A stretch of 64,000 nucleotides of DNA, taken from the NCBI GenBank assembly GCA_963772725.1, contig CAVYYI010000003.1:608001-672000 (forward strand). Reading direction: 5' to 3'. The notes below the pieces were generated by a model. It worked only from the letters and a program-made list of their open reading frames with translations. It did not search any database and had not been told where the DNA came from. The position numbers and the translations under genes were made by a program. Position 1 is the first letter of the stretch. The number at the start of each line of letters is the position of its first letter. Of the stretch, positions 42,154 through 52,542 are shown one piece after another. The stretch is from an uncultured Phycisphaerales bacterium (GTDB lineage Bacteria > Planctomycetota > Phycisphaerae > Sedimentisphaerales > Anaerobacaceae).

Positions 42154-43467
42154 ATGTCAGATGAAGTAGTTGAAAAATGGCTCAAGAGTTGTAAATTTGC
42201 TCAAGTCAACGGCAAACGCCTGCGACCGCTCCAACATACTTTACTAAAAGGAACTCCGCTATCAGTACAAAAAGGCCAGGCAGAAGCATACTGGTTTTCT
42301 GATGAAACCGGTCAAAACTGGATTTTAAAAAAATTTCATAACGGAAAGAACCCTGATTCCAAATATCTCAACTCTATAGCTTCTCTACTGCCAAAAAATG
42401 ATGCGTTTAAGGCGGGAACACAGCGACAGATATTATCTGCTTGTACATTAAATAGGAATCCCGGCTGTTATTATACCGCCGCTCTTGCCAACTGGCTTGA
42501 TGGCACAGTCCTGATGCCAAAAATCCTCGGCTGCGACTGGTCTGCAACGGCAGATGACATTCGTGAAGGCAAGCTTGAACTTCAAAGAGGGCTTCGTATT
42601 CAACTGGCGTTAAATCTTGTCAACGTAATAGAGATTTTAGAAAAATACAATTGTTGTCATAGAGATATCTCAAGTGGAAATGTTTTCATCATAATCGCAT
42701 CGGGTGAAATATATTTAATCGATTTCGACAGTATGTATCATCAAAATCTGGCTATGCCACAAGCTACTACATGCGGCAGTGTCGGCTACATCTCACCTTA
42801 TGCCTGGCTTTCAAATAATCTTGATGCGAAAAGAACATGGTGTCCTTATGCGGATCGGTACGCCTTGGCAATAATTATTGTTGAATTCCTTACTTTAGGC
42901 AAAGGTTCACCGCTGACAGCTGAAGGCGGAATGTTTGAACAGGAAGAGCTGCGTAAACGTGGTGGCAAAGGTATCGACAACATAAGAATGGTTCTTGGCA
43001 ATGAATGGACACAAGTTCTTCCACTGTTTGATGCTGTGATAAACAGCAAAGATTTTGCATCATGTCCAGCTCCTCAAGATTGGCAGCAGGTATTGAATAA
43101 GACACCTGAGGATAGCATAAGATTTCCTCGAATAGATGAATTGGAAAGTATTCGGCCGGACTATTTTGGCGAGATACTCGGCAAACTTCGGCCTAAAGCA
43201 CCGTTGTACTCGGCGCCGAGTCTTTCTGATATGCCATCGGTCAGTCTTAATCTGTCGCAAACTGTTGCAAAGCCCGTGTCGTTGCCTCCCGATCCCTGGC
43301 AATACTTGGAAATAATAAAAAGGTGTATGGAGTTTCTGTCCATAATGAGGAAACACTTGGCACTAATAAAAAGATATTTAGAATTCATGCCCATAATATT
43401 TAGGAAATACTTGGAATTAATAAAAAGGTATATAGAGTTTCTATCCATAATGTTTAGGAGAGTATGA
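42154..43467 (+). CDS. Ser/Thr protein kinase with C-terminal tandem repeats
   Basis: ILKKF, HRDISSGN, LIDFD, GSVGY, DRYAL. Confidence 0.85.
   Translation: MSDEVVEKWLKSCKFAQVNGKRLRPLQHTLLKGTPLSVQKGQAEAYWFSDETGQNWILKKFHNGKNPDSKYLNSIASLLPKNDAFKAGTQRQILSACTLNRNPGCYYTAALANWLDGTVLMPKILGCDWSATADDIREGKLELQRGLRIQLALNLVNVIEILEKYNCCHRDISSGNVFIIIASGEIYLIDFDSMYHQNLAMPQATTCGSVGYISPYAWLSNNLDAKRTWCPYADRYALAIIIVEFLTLGKGSPLTAEGGMFEQEELRKRGGKGIDNIRMVLGNEWTQVLPLFDAVINSKDFASCPAPQDWQQVLNKTPEDSIRFPRIDELESIRPDYFGEILGKLRPKAPLYSAPSLSDMPSVSLNLSQTVAKPVSLPPDPWQYLEIIKRCMEFLSIMRKHLALIKRYLEFMPIIFRKYLELIKRYIEFLSIMFRRV
43300..43458 (+). repeat. Three 51-54 bp in-frame tandem repeats
   Basis: QYLEIIKRCMEFLSIMR / KHLALIKRYLEFMPIIFR / KYLELIKRYIEFLSIMFR. 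Confidence 0.9.
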
Positions 43468-43737
43468 AATGGAAATATTATCATATTTAGGGTTGTCAGA
43501 AAAAAAAGGTGATTGATATGGAAAAGAATTTAACCGGAACAGATGTTAACCAAGTAAAGATAACAAGCCTGTTACACATTCGAGGTCAACCCAAGGTCAT
43601 TGAGAACATTGAGGAATTGCGATTTCTTCTTTATCCCGGCAGACTAGAGAAGCAGGACCTTGTTCAAATTCAGCAGGACAATGAAGGCGTAATTTGGCTT
43701 TAGAGTATTTGTAAAAAATGTGAATTTGGGCAATTTT

Positions 43738-44052
43738 ATGCTGAAAGAACTATCTAAAACAGACAATGACCAATGGCCGCAAAAACCAGTAGAGTTTCCA
43801 CAGCTTATAACTCCGGTCGTCTTACCCGATGGCAATGGTGGTTTCACACCTTGCCCTGAATTAATGACCGAGGAAGAGCTTATCATCTATTTGCGTATTG
43901 CACAAATAAGCAATGCGCAAAATTACCATAATGTGATTGATAATCTCAAAAGAATGCACGGCTTACCCCGTATTCATATATGCGGCAAGCCTCTTTATCC
44001 AATTGAGGCTATAAGGCAGTGGATAGCAAATAAAACTTTAACAGAAAAATAA
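43738..44052 (+). CDS. Excisionase-like HTH protein
   Basis: LMTEEELIIYLRI..GLPRIHICGKPLYPIEAIRQWI; directly upstream of the integrase. Confidence 0.75.
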   Translation: MLKELSKTDNDQWPQKPVEFPQLITPVVLPDGNGGFTPCPELMTEEELIIYLRIAQISNAQNYHNVIDNLKRMHGLPRIHICGKPLYPIEAIRQWIANKTLTEK

Positions 44053-44054
44053 AC

Positions 44055-44103
44055 TTGCGCTCAATCTGTTTGCTGGCTATAATACAACTCGGATTAATCC
44101 GAG
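44055..44103 (+). promoter_or_regulatory. Sigma70 promoter of the integrase with a 16-bp palindrome at the start site
   Basis: TTGCGC-17 bp-TATAAT; perfect palindrome CTCGGATTAATCCGAG at 44088-44103. Confidence 0.65.
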
Positions 44104-44131
44104 CCAATCCAGCATCAGAAAGGAGGTCAAT

Positions 44132-45387
44132 ATGAAAATGCTGGTAAAGCTCTGGAAAAGACCATCATATGATGGCGAAAGGTTTACTTACTATTTGCTC
44201 TATACAGATGAGCAACGAAAAAGAAGGCAGAAATCCTTAGGACATACTGATGCACGGAAGGCAGAAAGGCAACGGGCACAATTGGAACGGGAATTGAGAA
44301 TGGGTATTGTTGAGCCTGGCTCTATGAAGCTGAGCGAGTTTGTGAAAGACAGTTTGAGAAGAACTGGCAGTCAAGTCAGAGAAAGTACTCGTGAGGAATA
44401 TCAAGCAGCTATGGAAGATTTCGTCGGGGTTGTCGGCAATATCGATTATCAAAAGGTCTCTGTTGAGCAGGCCGAATTTTATCGCCAAGCCTGCTTGGAC
44501 AAGGGGAACAGCCCTGCGACAGTATCCAAGAAATTACGTGAGGTCAAATGCATATTCGAAGCTGCTATTAAACGTAAGCAGTTAGAGGAGAATCCTTTTA
44601 AATATATTAAGAAGCCGAGAAGTCCTCAGACTGAAATTCACATTTATCGTCATAAGGAATGTGAGCGTGTCTTGAAGTCGGCTCAGGATTTTACTCAGGA
44701 ATCGAATTCTCTAACTTCTGTAAGGTGGGACTTACTGATTATTGTTGCACTCTCCACCGCTCTAAGACGTGGAGAACTCTTAAATTGCACTTGGGGAGAT
44801 ATTGACTTTGAAGAGCAGAACATAAAGGTTTCTCCAAAGGCTGACACTCCTGCTACTTGGGAGTGGTTGATAAAGGATACGGACAGGAGAACGCTCCCAT
44901 TAACAGATGAACTCACTCAGCTGCTTGCCGACCACCAAAGCAGGCAATTTGAAGGATATCCCTATGTTTTCGTTCCGCCTACCCGCTACGACTGGATTCA
45001 AAGGGAACTACGTGGAAAAGGAATATGGACTTACTCTGATTCTCGACTGAAGGTAGTAAACAACTTCACAAGAGATTTCGACTACATCTTAGAAAAGGCA
45101 AGTGTAGAAAGAGGCACTTTCCACGATTTGAGAAGGACCGCTGTTTGCAATTGGTTTGCACAAGGCCTTAAGGAATATGATGTGATGAAACTTGCTGGTC
45201 ATGCAGATTTCAAGACTACTCACAAATTCTACCTTGCTGTATCTGATGATTTGGTAGACCGGGCAAGATTAGCAAACACCCAAGGTTTGTGCCAAAATCT
45301 GTTGCAAATCTGTTGCAGTAGGGATTTCGATGTTGAAATAAAAAAAGCTGACAGTCATAACCAACTGTCAGCTAAGGATTTACCGAA

Positions 45388-45406
<19 letters not shown>
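44132..45406 (+). CDS. Phage-type tyrosine integrase
   Basis: ALRRGE, FHDLRRT, AGH, TTHKFY; the 3' end overlaps tRNA-Phe. Confidence 0.93.
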
Positions 45407-45460
<54 letters not shown>

Positions 45461-45514
45461 TGAAAAACTGCTAAAAGTAAAGTTTAGCAGAAATAAACAA
45501 CAATGCAAGAAAAT

Positions 45515-46141
45515 TCAGCTGAAAAACCCCCCAAAACCCACAATGATGGAGGGAATTCCCTCTGCAAGAAATAGCCACTGCCAGCCTGGCAAGTCCAATT
45601 TTCCCGACAAGGTGTCCATAATCAGACCCGATATCGGGTTGCCGATCACGCCTGAGACAGCAATAGCGGAGACGAACAGGGCGGTCCGGGTGGCGCGAAG
45701 GCGGGATGGATACCACAACGTCAGGTAGAAAATGATGCCGGGAAAGAAACCGGCTTCGGCAATGCCGAGTAGACAACGCATGCCGTAGAACATCCATTCG
45801 TTCTTTACGAATATCATCGCAGAGGAGATAATACCCCAGGAGACCATAATCCGCGCTATCCATGTTCGTGCACCGAATTTCCTGAGAAGAATGTTGCTGG
45901 GTACCTCGAAGAAAAAATATCCGATGAAAAAGATACCTGCACCGACAGCGAAGGCGGTATCGGAAAGGGACAAGTCTTTGAACATCTGGAGTTTGGCAAA
46001 CCCGATGTTGATACGGTCTATGTATGCGAGAATATAACAGAGAAACAGAAATGGAATAATGTGCCAATCGACTTTAGAGTAAACCTTAGCTTCAAAAATT
46101 TTGTCGACAGTTGTTGTTTCCCGTAAGGTACAAAAATTCAT
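45515..46141 (-). pseudogene. MFS transporter (ACS family), N-terminal half only
   Basis: YIDRINIGFA, FEVPSN, GARTWIARIM, GWQWLFLAEG, then an abrupt end. Confidence 0.85.
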
Positions 46142-46378
46142 AGCTTAGCCTGTACGTCTTTTTCAAAAGTGGAACAATTCAGCAAGAGACACATTTCTGA
46201 TTTAGCTCCAAATTGTCAATAATATTATTGTTGAACCGTCTTCTTTTTGTTCGCATTTTTTTAGCTTGTCCCAGCCATTTCTTTTTCGGTAAAGTTTTAT
46301 AGTTTGCATCTATCTGATACACATATGATATCGTAACTTCTATTATCAGGGTAATCAAGTATAATGTACCATATAATT

Positions 46379-46404
46379 GGGATAGGCAGGGAACATCGTA
46401 TCCC
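46379..46404 (+). mobile_element. Solo terminal repeat of the IS481-like element
   Basis: GGGATAGGCAGGGAACATCGTATCCC, 25/26 identical to 26016-26041. Confidence 0.8.
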
Positions 46405-46467
46405 AAGCTCAATAATAAGTTCTGTTGATTTTATCAGCGATTTATCGTAGATTGTAGGTCAAAGCCA

Positions 46468-46905
46468 ATGAATAAGAGAAATATATTAAAGACAATTATT
46501 GGTATAACACTTATCGCGTTAGCTGGGGGATACCTGCTTTGGCAGGGGTTTTCCTCTTCGTGGGCATATTATTACTCCGTGGATGAATATGTCAGCAGTA
46601 AAGTTTTCCAAACCGGAGCGGGCGGCGGCAGGATGATACGAATCGCCGGTGTTGTAAAAAAGGACAGCCTCGTGACAAACGAGGAAAAAATGCAGCTTAA
46701 ATTTGAGCTGGCAGGGCAAAAATCCGTTCTGCCTGTCGAATACAAGGGGATTGTCCCAAAAAATTTCGAGGGCGGCAAAGAGGTTGTTGTTGAAGGTGTT
46801 CTCGGGAATAACGGGATATTCAAGGCTGAGCAGATTCTTACAAGGTGTGAGTCGAAATATGAGGCAAGACTTAAAACTACCAAACAGGAAAAGACCGGAT
46901 ACTGA
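46468..46905 (+). CDS. ccmE: Cytochrome c maturation heme chaperone (CxxxY type)
   Basis: IRIAGVV, YKGIVPKNF, VVVEG, LTRCESKY. Confidence 0.9.
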   Translation: MNKRNILKTIIGITLIALAGGYLLWQGFSSSWAYYYSVDEYVSSKVFQTGAGGGRMIRIAGVVKKDSLVTNEEKMQLKFELAGQKSVLPVEYKGIVPKNFEGGKEVVVEGVLGNNGIFKAEQILTRCESKYEARLKTTKQEKTGY

Positions 46906-46907
46906 TA

Positions 46908-47651
46908 ATGGCCGAAATTTTACAACACAGCGATGGGGATATGCCCGCAATTAAAGCTGCGGAGGTTTGCAAATCCTTTGAGAGCCGGGCGGTGCTTGAA
47001 AAAATAAATCTGCGTCTTGGCAGCGGTGAAGGGCTGTGTATATGCGGGAAAAACGCCTCGGGTAAAACCACGCTTTTGCGGACAATCGCCGGTCTTTTGA
47101 GGCCAAACAGCGGTTCGGTTGAGATTTGCGGATTTGATACGCAACAGCGGCGGGAGGAAGCTATGGCGATGCTCGGTGCGGTATTTCATAAAAGTATGAT
47201 ATATCCGCAACTGACAATTATTGAAAATCTCAGGTTTTTCGCAGGGTTATACGGTCTGAAAAATGTCAACGGCCTGATAGATGAACTTTTAGAGCGAACG
47301 TATCTTGCGGATTATAGATATGAAAAGGCTGGTATTCTTTCTGCGGGTATGCTTCAGCGGCTTGCCCTGGTCAGGGCATTGATACACAGCCCGAAAGTCC
47401 TTCTGGCCGATGAGCCTTTCTCTGCCCTGGATTCACAGGGAAGTGAACTTGTGATTAAAATGCTCCATGATTTCAGAAGCGCAGGCGGGGCCATCTTAAT
47501 GACTTCGCATAATCTCGATTCCGCCCTTCATTGCTGCAGCAGGGCGGCGGTTCTCGATGAGCATAAAATAATTTTTGACGCTGAAATTAGGGACATAACT
47601 CTGAGTGAATTCTCCAGGGATTATCTTTTTTACGCGAGGGTAAACCGTTGA
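46908..47651 (+). CDS. ccmA: Heme exporter ABC ATPase
   Basis: GKNASGKTT, LSAGM, LADEP; ccm context. Confidence 0.88.
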   Translation: MAEILQHSDGDMPAIKAAEVCKSFESRAVLEKINLRLGSGEGLCICGKNASGKTTLLRTIAGLLRPNSGSVEICGFDTQQRREEAMAMLGAVFHKSMIYPQLTIIENLRFFAGLYGLKNVNGLIDELLERTYLADYRYEKAGILSAGMLQRLALVRALIHSPKVLLADEPFSALDSQGSELVIKMLHDFRSAGGAILMTSHNLDSALHCCSRAAVLDEHKIIFDAEIRDITLSEFSRDYLFYARVNR

Positions 47652-48361
47652 GAAGCTTTGCTGATACGATAAAAGCTATATTCATTAAGGATATTATTAC
47701 CGAGTTCAGGAGCAGGCAGGTACTGCCGGCGGTTATAATATTCGGTATAATTATCGCGTGGGTTTTCCGGATTGTAAGCCAGAGTGGGACAGCGGACAGC
47801 GGGTCGCTGACCGCGGCGGTTCTGGTTGTCGCGTTATTGTTCGCTGTAATACTGACCGGTGAAAGGGCATTTGCCGTTGAGCAGCAGAACGACTGCATAA
47901 GCGGCCTGCTGATGGGCTGCGGCGATGTCGCCAATATCTACCTGGCGAAACTGCTGGTTAATGTTGCCATGTTATGCATTTTCGAGATTTTTGTGATTCC
48001 GGCGGTATTTGTGCTTTTTAATATATCCGCGGGCGGCAGATTGCCCGAATTGATTATCGTGCTGCTGCTGGTTAATACAGGCGTTTCATCTCTGGCGACT
48101 TTGCTGGGTTGTGTTGTCCAGGGGACAAAGGCGCAGAACGCGCTTTTGAGCATACTTGTAATGGCGGTTTTGGCGCCAATGGTGATACCGGCTGTCGCGG
48201 CATTGATGGCGTTATTTGGTTCGTGGGAATCGGCTGATTTCGGAAGCAGTGTTCTGAATATAGTCGGCGGTTATAAAAGAGCTGTCGGTTTTTTAGCCGC
48301 GTTCGATGTGATATTTGTTACGCTTTGCTGGCTGTTATTCGGTTTTGTTGTTGAGGAATAG
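47648..48361 (+). CDS. ccmB: Heme exporter permease
   Basis: KDIITEFRS, multiple TM helices, IYLAK. Confidence 0.88.
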   Translation: MRSFADTIKAIFIKDIITEFRSRQVLPAVIIFGIIIAWVFRIVSQSGTADSGSLTAAVLVVALLFAVILTGERAFAVEQQNDCISGLLMGCGDVANIYLAKLLVNVAMLCIFEIFVIPAVFVLFNISAGGRLPELIIVLLLVNTGVSSLATLLGCVVQGTKAQNALLSILVMAVLAPMVIPAVAALMALFGSWESADFGSSVLNIVGGYKRAVGFLAAFDVIFVTLCWLLFGFVVEE

Positions 48362-48370
48362 GCGGGATAA

Positions 48371-48989
48371 ATGCGGAATGTACTTTTAGTAATAAGCTGG
48401 ATTCTGATAACAGTTTCAATATGGCTTGCCTTAGGCGCTGCTGCAATCGAGCCGGTACAGCGAAATATTATTTATGTCCATGTGCCTGCCTCAGTCTGTT
48501 CGATGATTTGTTTTGTGCCGCTGTTTATTTGCTCGGTATGTTATCTTGCTACAAAGCGTCAGGGATGGGACATTACCGCTTGTGCCTGTGCGGAGGTCGG
48601 ACTTGTTTTTGCGACCGCTATGAATCTGAGCGGAATGATTTTTGCTCATGCCGAATGGAACATCTGGTGGACGCCGAGCCCGAGATTAATCAGTGCAGCG
48701 GCACTGTGGTTTTTGTATGCGGCGTATCTATTATTAAGGGCAAGTTTTGCGAATGAGTCTCGAACGCCCGCGGATTTGTGCGGTTTTTGGGATTATCGCT
48801 TTTGCGGATGTTCCGATTGTGTTTATCAGCGCAAGATTCATACGCGATATTCACCGTGCGAATTTCAGTTTCGATAACGGCTGGCAGTATGCCGCTATGG
48901 GTTTGGCGATGCTTGGAACGCTGATTCTGGGTACATCGCTGATTTGGCTGAGAGCCGAAATGTTGAAAATCAAGGCAAAGACTTATTGA
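48371..48989 (+). CDS. ccmC: Cytochrome c biogenesis protein; frameshift near 48760
   Basis: IIYVHVP, WNIWWTPSPRL (WWD-like), DVPIV..H. Confidence 0.85.
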
Positions 48990-49092
48990 TGATTGATTTG
49001 AAAGTGGATATTATCAATGCTGTACGTTGGTCTGGTGATAACGGGTTTATGACTGATTTACTTTAATACACTTAAGTTTAAGGAGTTGAGAA

Positions 49093-50631
49093 ATGGGTTA
49101 CAAAGCAACAAATTTTAGAATGTCGTCCGTTTTTATGTTTGCGCTGATATTGGCCATCTCAGCAGCGGCTGTTGCAGATGTCAAATTACCTGCTGTTATA
49201 GGTGATAATATGGTCTTGCAGCAAAAAACAAAGGCTCCAATATGGGGCTGGGCAGACCCTGGTGAAAAAGTAAGCATAAAAGCTGACTGGCAAAAAGATG
49301 TTACAGCTGAAACAGACAAAGATGGCAAATGGATGGTGAAACTCCAGACTCCATCCGCCGGCGGGCCTTATAGTGTGCAAATTAAGGGTAAGAATGAAAT
49401 CGTTCTGAAAAATGTTCTTGTCGGCGAGGTCTGGATTTGTGCGGGGCAATCGAATATGCAGATGCGTGTTTCCACTGCGGCAAATGCGCAGGAGGAAATC
49501 GCGGCGGCGAATTATCCGAAAATACGCATGTTTAACGTCAAAAATAAAACGGCTGTAACTCCGCAGGCGGATTGTGAGGGTTCGTGGCTGGAATGTTCAT
49601 CGGCGACAGTGTCGGAGTTCAGCGCTGTGGGGTATTTCTTCGGCAGGGAACTCAATAAAAAACTTAATGTCCCGGTAGGGCTGATTAATACAAGCTGGGG
49701 TGGGGCAGTTGCCGAGACGTGGACAAGAAAGGCTGTTCTTGAATCTGAACCTGATTTCAAGCCTATACTCGAACGTTATGATGGGGCGGTAAAGAATCTG
49801 CCGACGGCAATGAAAGAATACGAAAAGAAGCTTAAAGAATGGGAAAATCAAACCGCCGCCGCCAAAGCCGACGGGAAACCAGCACCTAAAAAGCCTATCC
49901 AGCCCAATCCGGACAATCAACAAAGTCCGTCAGCCCTATACAACGCGATGGTCGCACCGCTGATTCCATACTACATTCGCGGCGTCATCTGGTATCAGGG
50001 TGAAAGCAACGCGCGAAGAGCTTATCAGTATCGAAAACTTTTCCCGGCGATGATAAAGAACTGGCGTGATGACCGGGGCGAAGGGCAATTTCCGTTTTTG
50101 TTTGTGCAGATAACGCCTTTTAAGGGTCAAAACCCTGAAATCCGCGAGGCCCAGTTAATGACTATGCGTTCCGTACCTGATACCGGCATGGTTGTAACGA
50201 CGGACATAGGCGACCTATCCACCATTCATCCCAAAAACAAGCAGGAGGTCGGCAGAAGGCTGGCACTGTGGGCATTGGCGAAAACTTATGGTGAAAAGGA
50301 CATTGTTTATTCCGGGCCGATTTACAAATCCATGAAAATAGAAGGCGATAAAATACGAATTTCCTTCGATTACACAGATGGCGGACTTATCGCAAAAGGC
50401 GATGCTCTTACACGGTTCACAATTGCCGGAGAAGACCGGCAGTTTGTTGACGCTAATGCTGTTATTGACGGGGACACAATAGTTGTTTCAAGTGCGCAGG
50501 TGAAAAAACCGGTTGCCGTACGGTTTGGCTGGACCGATACTCCTCAGCCAAATCTTTTCAACAAAGCCGGTTTACCCGCGTCTCCCTTCCGCACGGACGA
50601 CTGGCCTGGCATAACCGCGGATAAAAAATAG
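49093..50631 (+). CDS. Sialate O-acetylesterase (SGNH) family, copy A
   Basis: DNMVLQQ, GEVWICAGQSNM, WYQGESN, IHP, LPASPFRTD. Confidence 0.93.
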   Translation: MGYKATNFRMSSVFMFALILAISAAAVADVKLPAVIGDNMVLQQKTKAPIWGWADPGEKVSIKADWQKDVTAETDKDGKWMVKLQTPSAGGPYSVQIKGKNEIVLKNVLVGEVWICAGQSNMQMRVSTAANAQEEIAAANYPKIRMFNVKNKTAVTPQADCEGSWLECSSATVSEFSAVGYFFGRELNKKLNVPVGLINTSWGGAVAETWTRKAVLESEPDFKPILERYDGAVKNLPTAMKEYEKKLKEWENQTAAAKADGKPAPKKPIQPNPDNQQSPSALYNAMVAPLIPYYIRGVIWYQGESNARRAYQYRKLFPAMIKNWRDDRGEGQFPFLFVQITPFKGQNPEIREAQLMTMRSVPDTGMVVTTDIGDLSTIHPKNKQEVGRRLALWALAKTYGEKDIVYSGPIYKSMKIEGDKIRISFDYTDGGLIAKGDALTRFTIAGEDRQFVDANAVIDGDTIVVSSAQVKKPVAVRFGWTDTPQPNLFNKAGLPASPFRTDDWPGITADKK

Positions 50632-50791
50632 AGGTCGGTTTTTAGCGGCGTCCGCGAATTTGCGCAGTTTTTGGGATTATTACTATTGATGATTGATTTG
50701 AAAGTGGATATTATCAATGCTGTACGTTGGTCTGGTGATAACGGGTTTATGACTGATTTACTTTAATACACTTAGTTTAAGGAGTTGAGAA

Positions 50792-52334
50792 ATGGGTTAC
50801 AAAGCAGCAAATTTTAGAATGTCATCCGTTTTTATGCTTGCGCTGATATTGGCCATCTCGGCAGCGGCTATAGCAGATGTCAAATTGCCTGCTGTTATAG
50901 GTGATAATATGGTCTTGCAGCAAAAGACCAAGGCGGCAATATGGGGCTGGGCAGACCCGGGTGAAAAAGTAAGCATAAAAGCTGACTGGCAAAAAGATGT
51001 TACAGCTGAAACCGACAAAGATGGCAAATGGATGGTGAAACTCCAGACTCCATCCGCCGGCGGGCCTTATAGTGTGCAAATTAAGGGTAAGAATGAAATC
51101 GTTCTGAAAAATGTTCTTGTTGGCGAGGTCTGGGTATGTTCGGGGCAATCAAATATGGAGATGCGAGTTTCCGCTTCAGCGAATGCTCCGGAGGAAATCG
51201 CCGCCGCGAATTATCCCAAAATTCGACTCTTTACCGTTAAGCGGAATCCTGCCACTGCGCCACAGACAAATTGTGAGGGTTCCTGGTCGGAATGTTCATC
51301 GGCAACAGTGCCGGAGTTTAGCGCTGCTCGCATATTCCTTTGGCAGGGAACTGCACAATAAACTCAATGTTCCCATCGGTCTGATTCATACGAGCTGGGG
51401 CGGCACTCCGGCGGAGGCATGGACAAAAAAAGAAGTTCTCCAGTCTGAGCCGGATTTCAAACCTATACTCGACCGTTACGAACAGGCCTTAAAAGACTTT
51501 CCGGAGGCCAAGAAAAAATACGATGAAGCTTTACCCGAATGGCAAAAAAATGCCGCTGCGGCCAAAGCCAGCGGTAAGAAAGAGCCTCCAAAACCACGTT
51601 TGCCGATGGGGTCAGGTCATCAGAATGGCCCATCAGCTCTTTATAATGGTATGGTTAATCCCATTATTCCTTATGGAATCCGTGGTGTTATCTGGTATCA
51701 GGGAGAAAGCAACGCGCCAAGAGCTTATCAGTATCGAAAGCTTTTCCCCGCTATGATTAAAAACTGGCGAGACGACTGGAAAGAGGGACAATTTCCGTTC
51801 CTGTTTGTGCAGATAGCGCCTTATAAGAATCAAAACCCTGAAATCCGCGAGGCCCAGTTAATGACTATGCGTTCTGTGCCTAACACAGGCATGATTGTAA
51901 CAACAGACATAGGCGATTTAACCAGTATTCATCCCAAAAATAAGCGGGAGGTCGGCAGAAGGCTGGCGCTGTGGGCACTGGCGAAAACTTATGGAGAAAA
52001 GGACATTGTTTATTCCGGGCCGATTTACAAATCTATGAAAATAGAAGGCGATAAAATACGAATTTCCTTCGATTACACCGATGGCGGACTTATCGCAAAA
52101 GGTGATACTCTTACACGTTTCACAATTGCCGGAGAAGACCGGCAGTTTGTTGACGCTAATGCTGTTATTGACGGGGACACAATTGTTGTTTCAAGTGCGC
52201 AGGTGAAAAAGCCGGTTGCTGTCAGGTTTGGCTGGACCGATACTCCTGAACCAAATCTTTTCAACAAAGCGGGTTTACCTGCCTCTCCTTTCCGTACCGA
52301 TGATTGGCCTGGCATTACCGCCGATAAAAATTAG
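50792..52334 (+). CDS. Sialate O-acetylesterase family, tandem copy B; frameshift near 51330
   Basis: Same motifs split over two ORFs; duplicated leader. Confidence 0.9.
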
Positions 52335-52389
52335 CGGTTCTTGAAAACAAGTTGCAAAATTCAGCGCAATTAGTTAGTTTATAGGGTTA

Positions 52390-52472
52390 GGCCGAGTGGC
52401 GGAATGGCAGACGCTGGGGACTTAAAATCCCCTGTCCATAAGGGCGTATGGGTTCGACTCCCATCTCGGCTA
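52390..52472 (+). tRNA. tRNA-Leu (TAA)
   Basis: GGCCGAGTGGCGGAATGGCAGACGC..GGGGA-CTTAAAA-TCCCC, long variable arm, ATGGG-TTCGACT-CCCAT. Confidence 0.95.
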
Positions 52473-52542
52473 ATTTTTATGCCCGGCCGGCGTCACTAAG
52501 GGTAAGAAAGTTATTTATTTTTTTGTGTTTTACGGAAGAAAA

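Noticed and set aside
43300..43458. Possible CRISPR array
   Set aside because: Contiguous in-frame coding repeats with no unique spacers and no cas genes; no CRISPR array seen anywhere in the window.
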